Positions 38,235 to 45,343 of a stretch of 64,000 bases of DNA are shown here, one piece after another. Location: the IMG/VR virus record IMGVR_UViG_3300032116_000004, positions 186,001-250,000 of that record; one strand, 5' to 3'. The notes beneath the pieces were generated by a model. That model was not told where the DNA came from. It saw only the letters and a program-made list of their open reading frames with translations, and did not search any database. Position 1 is the stretch's first letter. Each line of letters begins with the position of its first letter. The translations under genes and the position numbers were made by a program.

Positions 38235-38309
38235 GGTAATGTAGCATAACGGTAGTGCTCCACCTTCATACGGTGTTCAGTGTAAGTTCGACTCTTACCA
38301 TTACCACCA
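38235..38309 (+). tRNA. tRNA-Met(CAT), elongator
   Basis: TTCATAC loop, G1-C72, CCA. Confidence 0.85.
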
Positions 38310-38314
38310 AATAT

Positions 38315-38390
38315 CCGGCCGTGGTCTAATGGATAAGGCAACGCTCTTCTAAAGCGTCCGATGTGGGTTCGATTCCTGCCGGCCGGGCCA
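38315..38390 (+). tRNA. tRNA-Arg(TCT)
   Basis: Cloverleaf, CCA. Confidence 0.92.
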
Positions 38391-38392
38391 AA

Positions 38393-38468
38393 CGGTCCTT
38401 AACTCAATGGATAGAGTGCCAGTCTTCGAAACTGGAGGTTGGGAGTTCGAGTCTCTCAGGACCGGCCA
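38393..38468 (+). tRNA. tRNA-Arg(TCG)
   Basis: Cloverleaf, CCA. Confidence 0.92.
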
Positions 38469-38470
38469 AT

Positions 38471-38544
38471 GCTCGGGTAGTTAAATGGTATAACGGCCGA
38501 CCGATAATCGGCTATTCCTGGTTCGATCCCAGGTCTGAGCACCA
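38471..38544 (+). tRNA. tRNA-Ile(GAT)
   Basis: CCGATAA loop (C33), CCA. Confidence 0.88.
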
Positions 38545-38635
38545 ATTTTGCCAAATCAGTCAACGCTGAACACTGCTGTGACGTTATATAAGTGTAGGAC
38601 ATAATTCCTACAGTTTCTAACCAAAGGAGAACTTT

Positions 38636-38845
38636 ATGAAACTCGTAACCACACTCGTAGCAAGTTTGTTTGCAGTATCCGCTTTCGCACAAGCACCTGC
38701 CAAGAAAGAAGAAAAGAAAGAAGCAGCCAAGCCTGCCGCAGCCGCTCCTGCACCTGCCGCCAGTAAGCCTGCCGACAAAAAGGCTGAGCCTGCCAAAAGC
38801 GACGCTAAAAAAGACGATAAAAAAGCCGAAGCCGCTAAGAAGTAA
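38636..38845 (+). CDS. Small secreted Lys/Ala-rich protein (Asr-like)
   Basis: Signal peptide ...SAFAQ then KKEEKK/PA repeats; AAGGAG SD. Confidence 0.7.
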   Translation: MKLVTTLVASLFAVSAFAQAPAKKEEKKEAAKPAAAAPAPAASKPADKKAEPAKSDAKKDDKKAEAAKK

Positions 38846-39071
38846 TCCAACCAGGTATATCCTGGTCCATGTAGAGGGCAACGAAGATGGGTATTCCATC
38901 GACGATGAAAACATCTATGTAGGCTACAGGAGACCTGAAGTGGTAAAAGATCTCAAAGATACTGTCGCTGATGACGAGGATCTTTCGGATTATATAAAAA
39001 CCCGTTTGTTTTTAGCCCGACAGTTGGCCTTGATGAAAGCAATGGGATATGATTTAAGGACCCGAGTCTGA
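38670..39071 (+). CDS. Hypothetical protein (start uncertain, probably 3' of 38845)
   Basis: Open frame ending YIKTRLFLARQLALMKA. Confidence 0.35.
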   Translation: MQYPLSHKHLPRKKKRKKQPSLPQPLLHLPPVSLPTKRLSLPKATLKKTIKKPKPLRSNPTRYILVHVEGNEDGYSIDDENIYVGYRRPEVVKDLKDTVADDEDLSDYIKTRLFLARQLALMKAMGYDLRTRV

Positions 39072-39086
39072 CTCGGGTTCTTTTTT
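39057..39086 (+). terminator. Intrinsic terminator immediately before tRNA-Ala
   Basis: AGGACCCGAGT-CTG-ACTCGGGTTCT-TTTTT. Confidence 0.75.
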
Positions 39087-39160
39087 GGGGGATTAGTTAA
39101 ATGGGATAACATCGGCTTTGCAAGCCGAGATTGAGAGTTCGATTCTCTCATTCTCCACCA
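39087..39160 (+). tRNA. tRNA-Ala(TGC)
   Basis: G3:U70, CCA. Confidence 0.92.
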
Positions 39161-39169
39161 TCCAACTCG

Positions 39170-39199
39170 TTGACAGTCACTAAATATTTTTGTTATAAT
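39170..39199 (+). promoter_or_regulatory. sigma70-type promoter
   Basis: TTGACA-18-TATAAT with TG. Confidence 0.75.
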
Positions 39200-39220
39200 C
39201 AAGTAACCAAGGAGACTGCG

Positions 39221-39382
39221 ATGGAACAGAAAAAACAACCAGTGCCAGAATATTTCTTCAGTGCCGGTGAATGGGACAGACTGGGTTGTGGTCCTTTGCC
39301 ACCAGAGCGCAACAAGGATCGTCTGCAGATTCCGGAAAAGAGCGTGCAAAACAAAGATGACGCTGGCCTTGGCTACGATTGA
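39221..39382 (+). CDS. Small hypothetical protein (53 aa)
   Basis: AAGGAG SD. Confidence 0.55.
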   Translation: MEQKKQPVPEYFFSAGEWDRLGCGPLPPERNKDRLQIPEKSVQNKDDAGLGYD

Positions 39383-39620
39383 TGTGATCATGGCCAACAT
39401 GGTTTTTGCTGTTGCTGTGATGTGGCTACTGATTGAAGATTTTCGCACAGAAATGCGGAATTTGTCGGCTAAGTAATTTTACTATGCAGGAGTATGCACC
39501 CAAGGGCTCTTGAAAAATCTCTTGGAATTGTTGATGTGGTGAGAGGCCACAGGTCACGCGAGGACCGTACATGTCCTGATAGTCTCGTGAAAGAATTGTT
39601 GTATGAAGCAAAGAGAAAAG

Positions 39621-39855
39621 TGTTCAAGACATGGGTTCGAATCCCATCACCTCCACCTAAGTGTATAAGGTATATTTAGGTGGGGGTGCTCCGGTAATCG
39701 ATTGAGCAAAGAGTAAATGAGTGGACAACACGATAGGCGATGATCGTTAATCAAGCAAACTTTATAACTGCAAACGATGAGTTATACGCTCTAGCCGCCT
39801 GATAGGCACTAGATGAGGATTTTCCGGTTGTGCCTTATAACCCAAACAACCGGTT
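39621..39855 (+). ncRNA. ssrA: Circularly permuted (two-piece) tmRNA
   Basis: T-arm plus CACCTCC-ACC (39631-39657) precede the 5' strand GGGGGTG (39682-39688) with G3:U70; tag ANDELYALAA* at 39770-39802 after ATAACT; outer ends approximate. Confidence 0.9.
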
Positions 39856-39882
39856 GACTCTTTTTTATTTTCCTGTTATAAT
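39854..39882 (+). promoter_or_regulatory. sigma70-type promoter
   Basis: TTGACT-17-TATAAT with TG. Confidence 0.85.
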
Positions 39883-39889
39883 TAACAAT

Positions 39890-39901
39890 CGTTCTTTAAC
39901 A
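39890..39901 (+). promoter_or_regulatory. rrn-type boxA antitermination site
   Basis: CGTTCTTTAACA versus rrn TGCTCTTTAACA, just after the start site. Confidence 0.65.
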
Positions 39902-39916
39902 ATTCACAGCATCAAT

Positions 39917-39991
39917 GCTCGGTTCGTCTATCGGTTAGGACACCGCCCTTTCACGGCGGGAAGAGGGGTTCGATTCCCCTACCGAGTACCA
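39917..39991 (+). tRNA. tRNA-Glu(TTC)
   Basis: Cloverleaf, CCA. Confidence 0.93.
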
Positions 39992-40520
39992 TAAGCAAAC
40001 ATATCGGCCCCAGTGTCATACCTAATAGGTCTGCGGCAACACTGGGTGAAATCCTGTCGCAGGGACAAAGGTATGTTTGCTTATGGTAAATGGTGTGAGC
40101 GAAAGAACGCCTCGCCAGCAATACCCTGACCATCGGGGGAGATAACCACCCTAAGCCGCTGTAACCGTAATAGGACGCACTCGTTGGCTACGAGATGAAC
40201 ACGCGAGAGGGGGACTGGGCACCAGGCTGATACCCTGGGCAAAATGTCTGGACCTTAAACACAAGATGGTGTCATTTATCATTTCAACATAGACAGACAG
40301 TGATGCATACTATATTCCTGGCGGTACTACAAGCCCGGGTCACTCACTGCTATGTTTAGCCATACTGGATCGATCCGAGTATACGGTAGTTTTCCAGTCA
40401 CTGGCAACCCCAATCGGTCTGGGCTACACTCTGTGCTCTGTATGATCTGACGGAACGTTGATCCTCTACATCACAGGTCACTGAGCATCAACACAGACTC
40501 CGCATAATCGTAAGCGGAAC
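39988..40520 (+). ncRNA. Large unassigned structured RNA region
   Basis: 18-bp closing stem 39988-40005/40070-40087 and many hairpins; no + strand ORF of 60 aa or more. Confidence 0.5.
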
Positions 40521-40527
40521 TAACAAT

Positions 40528-40602
40528 CGCGGAGTATATCAGTGGCAGATGGCGAGTCTCATAAGCTCGAGGTCAGTGGTTCGAATCCACTCTCCGCAAC
40601 CA
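40528..40602 (+). tRNA. tRNA-fMet(CAT)
   Basis: C1:A72 mismatch, CCA; anticodon stem lacks the 3 G-C pairs. Confidence 0.85.
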
Positions 40603-40608
40603 AATAAA

Positions 40609-40686
40609 GCGGGTAGATCGTGGCAAGGGGCGCCCAGCAGTCTTCCAAACTGATCATGCGGAGTTCGACTCTCCCTACCCGCTCCA
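40609..40686 (+). tRNA. tRNA-Gly(TCC)
   Basis: CTTCCAA loop, U73, CCA; unusual D-arm. Confidence 0.82.
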
Positions 40687-40930
40687 GGACGTTCCGTGTA
40701 GCAACGGATAGTGCGACCCGCACGATGAGAAGTGGTGTAGCAACCACGGGTGGTCCCAGTCTAACCTAACTGGCGCTGGCAATGCGACAATCCCGAGGGT
40801 GGCGAGCGGGTGCCTACCAGCCCAAGTAGTCCTGCTGAGGGACTGGAAGCCGATGGGCCAAAGGTGGTAACACGAATCCAACCAGGACGCTGGCAGGCAA
40901 CAAAAAGACCGCGGCTCTCGGGCAAGCACT
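40687..40930 (+). ncRNA. Unassigned GC-rich structured RNA before rpoZ
   Basis: Two hairpins with identical GTAGCA loops (40693-40708, 40732-40747). Confidence 0.45.
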
Positions 40931-40952
40931 TTCTAAACACAAGGAGAATGTC

Positions 40953-41180
40953 ATGGCAAGAATCACATCAGAAAAAGCAGTAGAAGCCGTAGGTAATCGT
41001 TATGATCTAGTGTTGATCGCTAGTCGCCGAGCACGTGAGTTATCCAACGGCCATGCTCCTCACATCACGACCGACGATACTACCACAGTCAAGGCCATCC
41101 GCGAGATTGAACAAGGTCATGTGGGCAGAGATTACCTAAATAAAAACCCAGAAATAAACAAGAAAAAATCCAAATCTTGA
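40953..41180 (+). CDS. rpoZ: RNA polymerase omega subunit
   Basis: MARIT...NRYDLVLIASRRAREL...AIREIEQG. Confidence 0.92.
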   Translation: MARITSEKAVEAVGNRYDLVLIASRRARELSNGHAPHITTDDTTTVKAIREIEQGHVGRDYLNKNPEINKKKSKS

Positions 41181-41211
41181 TTTTTATTGCAAAGAGATAT
41201 ATACACATATT

Positions 41212-41646
41212 ATGCTATCATTCATACGCGAACTCACTGATCCACTGTTAGATTATCTCAAGGACGATCCAGTGCGTCCCGAGATCTCACGCGAATTCCG
41301 TGTGAGTGGTCAGCGTTTCGTGTCAGCCCTGGTAGACGATCAACCACGTGCCATGGTCTGCGTGAGCCTGCATGATTTTGTGCCTGAGACTGTGGCGGAT
41401 CTGTCGCAGGACCCTGCGGAACCCAACACAGCGATATTTTATACTATCTGGAGTTATGCTCCTGGAGCGGCCACAGAACTGTTGTTTGCCACAGTGGATC
41501 AAATCCGAGAACTTTATCCCACTGTGCGACGATTCGTCACACTGAGTCCCAAGACAGAAATGGCTCGCAAATTCCATCTACGCAACGGGGCACATGTGCT
41601 GAGAGAAAACACAGACACTGTCAACTACGAATATATAATTGCATGA
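41212..41646 (+). CDS. GNAT-like protein resembling malonyl-CoA decarboxylase C-domain
   Basis: AIFYTIWS...RFVTLSP. Confidence 0.45.
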   Translation: MLSFIRELTDPLLDYLKDDPVRPEISREFRVSGQRFVSALVDDQPRAMVCVSLHDFVPETVADLSQDPAEPNTAIFYTIWSYAPGAATELLFATVDQIRELYPTVRRFVTLSPKTEMARKFHLRNGAHVLRENTDTVNYEYIIA

Positions 41647-41810
41647 CCAAATTCACTGACACTCTACGGGCCGCGCTAGAGAAAAAACATGCCGCGGCAC
41701 ATCCTGACACCAAGTCGGATGCCAAAGATGATGGCAAAAGCAAACCTAAAAGGACACCGCCGGTGATCACGGGTAAACCAGTAAAGAAAGTCACTGGACG
41801 TGGACGCTAG
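41643..41810 (+). CDS. Small basic protein (55 aa)
   Basis: ATGA-coupled, MTKFTDTLRAALEKK... Confidence 0.55.
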   Translation: MTKFTDTLRAALEKKHAAAHPDTKSDAKDDGKSKPKRTPPVITGKPVKKVTGRGR

Positions 41811-41912
41811 TATTTGGAACTTGCCTTGGTGGCAACTGGGTTGGGGACTGGCAGTGGTAGCCAACTACATTTATTGGATCTTTGTTGATCCTGTGTTGCA
41901 TACAGAACGCAG

Positions 41913-41941
41913 TTGACCAAAAACTGCTTTTCTAGTATAAT
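41913..41941 (+). promoter_or_regulatory. sigma70-type promoter, leaderless
   Basis: TTGACC-17-TATAAT, ATG 6 nt downstream. Confidence 0.8.
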
Positions 41942-41947
41942 GCTAGA

Positions 41948-42313
41948 ATGGACTTTTACATAGATGAAGCATATCTCACTGATGTTGTAGTGCGGACTGA
42001 ATATCCTCGCTACAACGATCGCACAGAGCTGACTGCAGAAGAACTTATCTCGGTAATAAAACATCCTGCGCCTGCTGTTAGTATTGGCACCAAAGATCAT
42101 CCTGAGTTTGCTTGCCTACGTGAGCAGTTAGAACAAGATGGATATATTCAAGTTCAACGTGGTTGGTGGAACGGTGATCGTGTGTTAAAGCCATTCCAGT
42201 TAAACGATGTAAAATTTAAAAAAGGTGATCAGTTTCCCTGTGCCGCGGCCATGAACGGTCATTTAAAGTTTCGAAAACTATATAAACAAAAGAAAGGAGG
42301 GCACAATGCCTAG
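41948..42313 (+). CDS. Hypothetical protein
   Basis: Leaderless ORF. Confidence 0.65.
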   Translation: MDFYIDEAYLTDVVVRTEYPRYNDRTELTAEELISVIKHPAPAVSIGTKDHPEFACLREQLEQDGYIQVQRGWWNGDRVLKPFQLNDVKFKKGDQFPCAAAMNGHLKFRKLYKQKKGGHNA

Positions 42314-42896
42314 TGTATTTTTAGTATCAGACACGCACTTTGGTCACGCAGGTGTGTGCCGCTTCACACTCAACGACGGAGTAACCAAACTTCGTCCCTG
42401 GGATGATCCAGAGGAGATGGATGAGTTCATGATCAAGGCCTGGAACGAACGTGTCCGACCTACAGACAAAGTCTACCACTTGGGCGATGTTGTGATCAAC
42501 AGAAAAGCGTTGAAAACTCTTGCTCGTCTAAACGGTGACAAGGTCTTGATCCGCGGCAATCACGACATCTTCAGAGATGATGAGTATCGAGCATACTTCC
42601 GTGAGCTTCGTGCTTACCATGTGATGAATGGCATGATCTTGAGTCATATCCCTATCCATAGCGAAAGCCTGGGTCGGTTTGGTGTCAACATCCATGGTCA
42701 CTTGCATGCCAACCGGGTGATGAAAGCCATGCCGCCGGCATACAGGCCTGATATCATAGATCCACGTTATCATTGTGTGTGCGTGGAACAAACTGACTTT
42801 GCTCCTATCTTGTTCGAAGATGTGATCAAGCGCATCGAAGCAGAAGGTGGTACTATCGGTTTTCAAAACGGCAACGGCCCTCGAGGTGCAGATTGA
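42306..42896 (+). CDS. Calcineurin-like metallophosphoesterase
   Basis: SDTHFGH, LGD, GNHD, SH, HGHLH. Confidence 0.92.
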   Translation: MPSVFLVSDTHFGHAGVCRFTLNDGVTKLRPWDDPEEMDEFMIKAWNERVRPTDKVYHLGDVVINRKALKTLARLNGDKVLIRGNHDIFRDDEYRAYFRELRAYHVMNGMILSHIPIHSESLGRFGVNIHGHLHANRVMKAMPPAYRPDIIDPRYHCVCVEQTDFAPILFEDVIKRIEAEGGTIGFQNGNGPRGAD

Positions 42897-43063
42897 TGAC
42901 ATATCCAAGGATCAAATTCTGGGAAGCCACCATCCGCACCCCAGATGGTCAAGAGTTTAAAGACCGTGTGGGAGCAGATACGGCCGAACAGGCTCGTAGA
43001 CTTTTGCAAGAACGGCATGGCCCACGTGCAGTGCCTTACTTGCCGCGCATGATCCCCAGTTAG
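42896..43063 (+). CDS. Small hypothetical protein (55 aa)
   Basis: TGATG coupling, MTYPRIKFWEA... Confidence 0.55.
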   Translation: MTYPRIKFWEATIRTPDGQEFKDRVGADTAEQARRLLQERHGPRAVPYLPRMIPS

Positions 43064-43200
43064 GGCCACAGTCAGCCTTGCTCACTTGGCCAGCGCCAAT
43101 AAGTGCCGATAGCAAAATGACTGGGTGACGTCGGGTAATACCGCAAGAGCCGTAGATACCATAAGTCTGCGCCGGACTGGGTAACCGGCATACATATTTC

Positions 43201-44388
43201 ATGCCAAAAATCATTTCCATAGAACCTGCCATTGATCCTAATGCCAGACCTACATTCTTACTAGATTGGGAATTGACCATGAAGTGCAATCTAGACTGTA
43301 GTTACTGTCCTACTCCAGATCAGGTTCCTGTATCTATGGCCTATCATGACAATTCAGCTGATCATCCATCGTTGGAAAAATGTCTATCGACTATAGATTT
43401 CATGTATGAATATGTGGATCTTTACATGCAACAAAAACCACGATGGAATAGGTCTGTGGTGCTCAATATCTACGGTGGAGAGAGTTTGTTTCATCCAGAC
43501 ATAGAAAAGATCATGGCTGCGGTCAGAGACAAACATAAGCCTTATCGAGACAGTTGGCCATTGACTGTGACTTGCACAACCAATGGCGTCGTTGGTCCAA
43601 ATCTCATGAAGAGAGTGGTAGGCTTTGTAGATGAATTCACAGTGAGTTATCATGCGGAATCATTGTCCAAACAAAAACAACAAGTGCTAGACAATCTTCG
43701 TTTGATAAAAAATAGTGGCCGTCGTCTCAAGTGTGTTGTGCTCATGCACGGCGATGAAAAATTTTGGCCAGAATTGCAAGAAGTCATTGCTTTCTGCCAA
43801 CAAGAGAATATTCGATATCTTCCCCGGCATTTGGATGGTCATGTCAATGCCAATTATGGCCCCAAACAAATACAATGGTTCCAAAATTTATGGAATCAAC
43901 GCAGTCCTGGCCATGCCGCGATCAAACAGCGAGAAATTATTGAACACAAACAACAAACACTGACGAGCAATGTAGATCTATCTGATGTGGGCAGGGCCTG
44001 TTGCGGCGGCAGATTGATGTGTGTCAATCAAGAAATGAAAGATCCGATATTTTACATTCCTGACAATAACTTCCTGGGCTGGAAATGCAGTGTGAATTGG
44101 TATTTTTTGTATGTTAAACAACACACCGATGAAGTTTATCTCAACAAAGACTGTCGCATGAATTTTGACGGGTCTGTATCACCAATCGGTTATCTCAATA
44201 ATACCACGGAAATTTTAGATTGGCTCAAAACTAGATTCCATGGATCCAACCTTCCCGTCATCACCTGTGCCAAAAATCTTTGCACATGTGGTCTGTGCGC
44301 ACCAAAAAGCCAATCCGAATCTAACTTTCGTGAGATAATGCGTAAACATGTAGCCGATATCAATGTTTTTGATGTTGACACAGCGTGA
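43201..44388 (+). CDS. Radical SAM protein
   Basis: CNLDCSYC, GGE, TTNG, Cys-rich C-terminus. Confidence 0.9.
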   Translation: MPKIISIEPAIDPNARPTFLLDWELTMKCNLDCSYCPTPDQVPVSMAYHDNSADHPSLEKCLSTIDFMYEYVDLYMQQKPRWNRSVVLNIYGGESLFHPDIEKIMAAVRDKHKPYRDSWPLTVTCTTNGVVGPNLMKRVVGFVDEFTVSYHAESLSKQKQQVLDNLRLIKNSGRRLKCVVLMHGDEKFWPELQEVIAFCQQENIRYLPRHLDGHVNANYGPKQIQWFQNLWNQRSPGHAAIKQREIIEHKQQTLTSNVDLSDVGRACCGGRLMCVNQEMKDPIFYIPDNNFLGWKCSVNWYFLYVKQHTDEVYLNKDCRMNFDGSVSPIGYLNNTTEILDWLKTRFHGSNLPVITCAKNLCTCGLCAPKSQSESNFREIMRKHVADINVFDVDTA

Positions 44389-44411
44389 TGATTATCGTAA
44401 AATAACATTCT

Positions 44412-44485
44412 GCCCTGTTAGTTAAATGGTATAACAGTTGATTTGTAATCATCAATTGGCAGTTCGATTCTGTCACGGGGCACCA
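44412..44485 (+). tRNA. tRNA-Thr(TGT)
   Basis: Cloverleaf, CCA. Confidence 0.9.
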
Positions 44486-44508
44486 ATCTAATATAAAAGG
44501 AAACAGTC

Positions 44509-44673
44509 ATGCTAAAACCCAACTCCACATATCGAATGAGCAAGGCTGCCAAGACATATCTGGCATTCAATTGGTATCGACTTGGCATCCGTTCTATCAT
44601 GCGTGCCACTGTCGAAGCCGAATTGGCAGACAAGATCCAACCTCGGGGCCGGCGCGACAAAAATGATGCCTAA
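44509..44673 (+). CDS. Small basic protein (54 aa)
   Basis: AAGGA SD, MLKPNSTYRMSK... Confidence 0.5.
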   Translation: MLKPNSTYRMSKAAKTYLAFNWYRLGIRSIMRATVEAELADKIQPRGRRDKNDA

Positions 44674-44684
44674 TAAGTAAAGGC

Positions 44685-45257
44685 ATGTTGCACACCGAAC
44701 TTGCTCTGCATCTTGGCCCAGGACTTTGGTATCTACCACAAGTATTTGACATTGCAACCTATCGTGAGATACGTCGATCATATCGGGAAACTGTGACAGG
44801 GTGGCAATGCCTCGGCCCCAACAGGCTCATGAGCCTGCCCAACAACCCAGATTACTCATATCTGCGTGAAGTGGCTCTGGACATCAATCTCGCTGTGAGC
44901 GAATTGACTGATCATAGATTGCGTCCATTGGATCAGACCATATTCGTGGATCTCCCTGGTCATCAACTCACATGGCATTTTGACCACAACAATTATCGCG
45001 TATTGCTCCAGGTCTACTGCGGAGATATCGCACAGCCCGGTATGGGCACTCAGTGGTATGTGGGCGAAAAAAATACAGAATTGTTAGAACAATATGGCAC
45101 AGATAAAATAGTAGATGTGACGGGCCTAGAAACAGTGGAAACAGCCTACGCACCCAATGCGGGCTACATCAACGATAATACTGTCAAAAAAGCACATGGC
45201 ACCCGCCGTGTAGGGCCGGGTCTCAGCAGAGAGAGCGTGCTTTTTACTTTTGGATAA
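44685..45257 (+). CDS. 2OG-Fe(II) oxygenase-like protein
   Basis: WHFD...AHG...RES. Confidence 0.7.
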   Translation: MLHTELALHLGPGLWYLPQVFDIATYREIRRSYRETVTGWQCLGPNRLMSLPNNPDYSYLREVALDINLAVSELTDHRLRPLDQTIFVDLPGHQLTWHFDHNNYRVLLQVYCGDIAQPGMGTQWYVGEKNTELLEQYGTDKIVDVTGLETVETAYAPNAGYINDNTVKKAHGTRRVGPGLSRESVLFTFG

Positions 45258-45343
45258 ATTTTCTTGTCAGATTGTATTTTACGTAAGTAATGCGTTATTA
45301 TCGTCGCACGTAATAACAGATCAAACTTTCGAAAGGAAATACA

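Noticed and set aside
40088-40520. RNase P RNA or group I intron
   Set aside because: Core motifs (GAGGAAAGTCC, ACAGAACCCGGCTTA, P7 elements) not found; kept as unassigned ncRNA.
34262-40929. Short ORFs overlapping tRNAs (e.g. 34424, 35210+, 36176-, 38363, 40559-)
   Set aside because: Shadow frames of tRNA genes.
43057-43070. Pistol ribozyme-like GTTAGGGCCAC
   Set aside because: Lacks the upstream GTGG of P1 and the downstream AAGCCCTAA partner.
42863-43289. Minus-strand ORFs in this gap
   Set aside because: Better explained by a coupled + strand 55-aa ORF and a structured leader.
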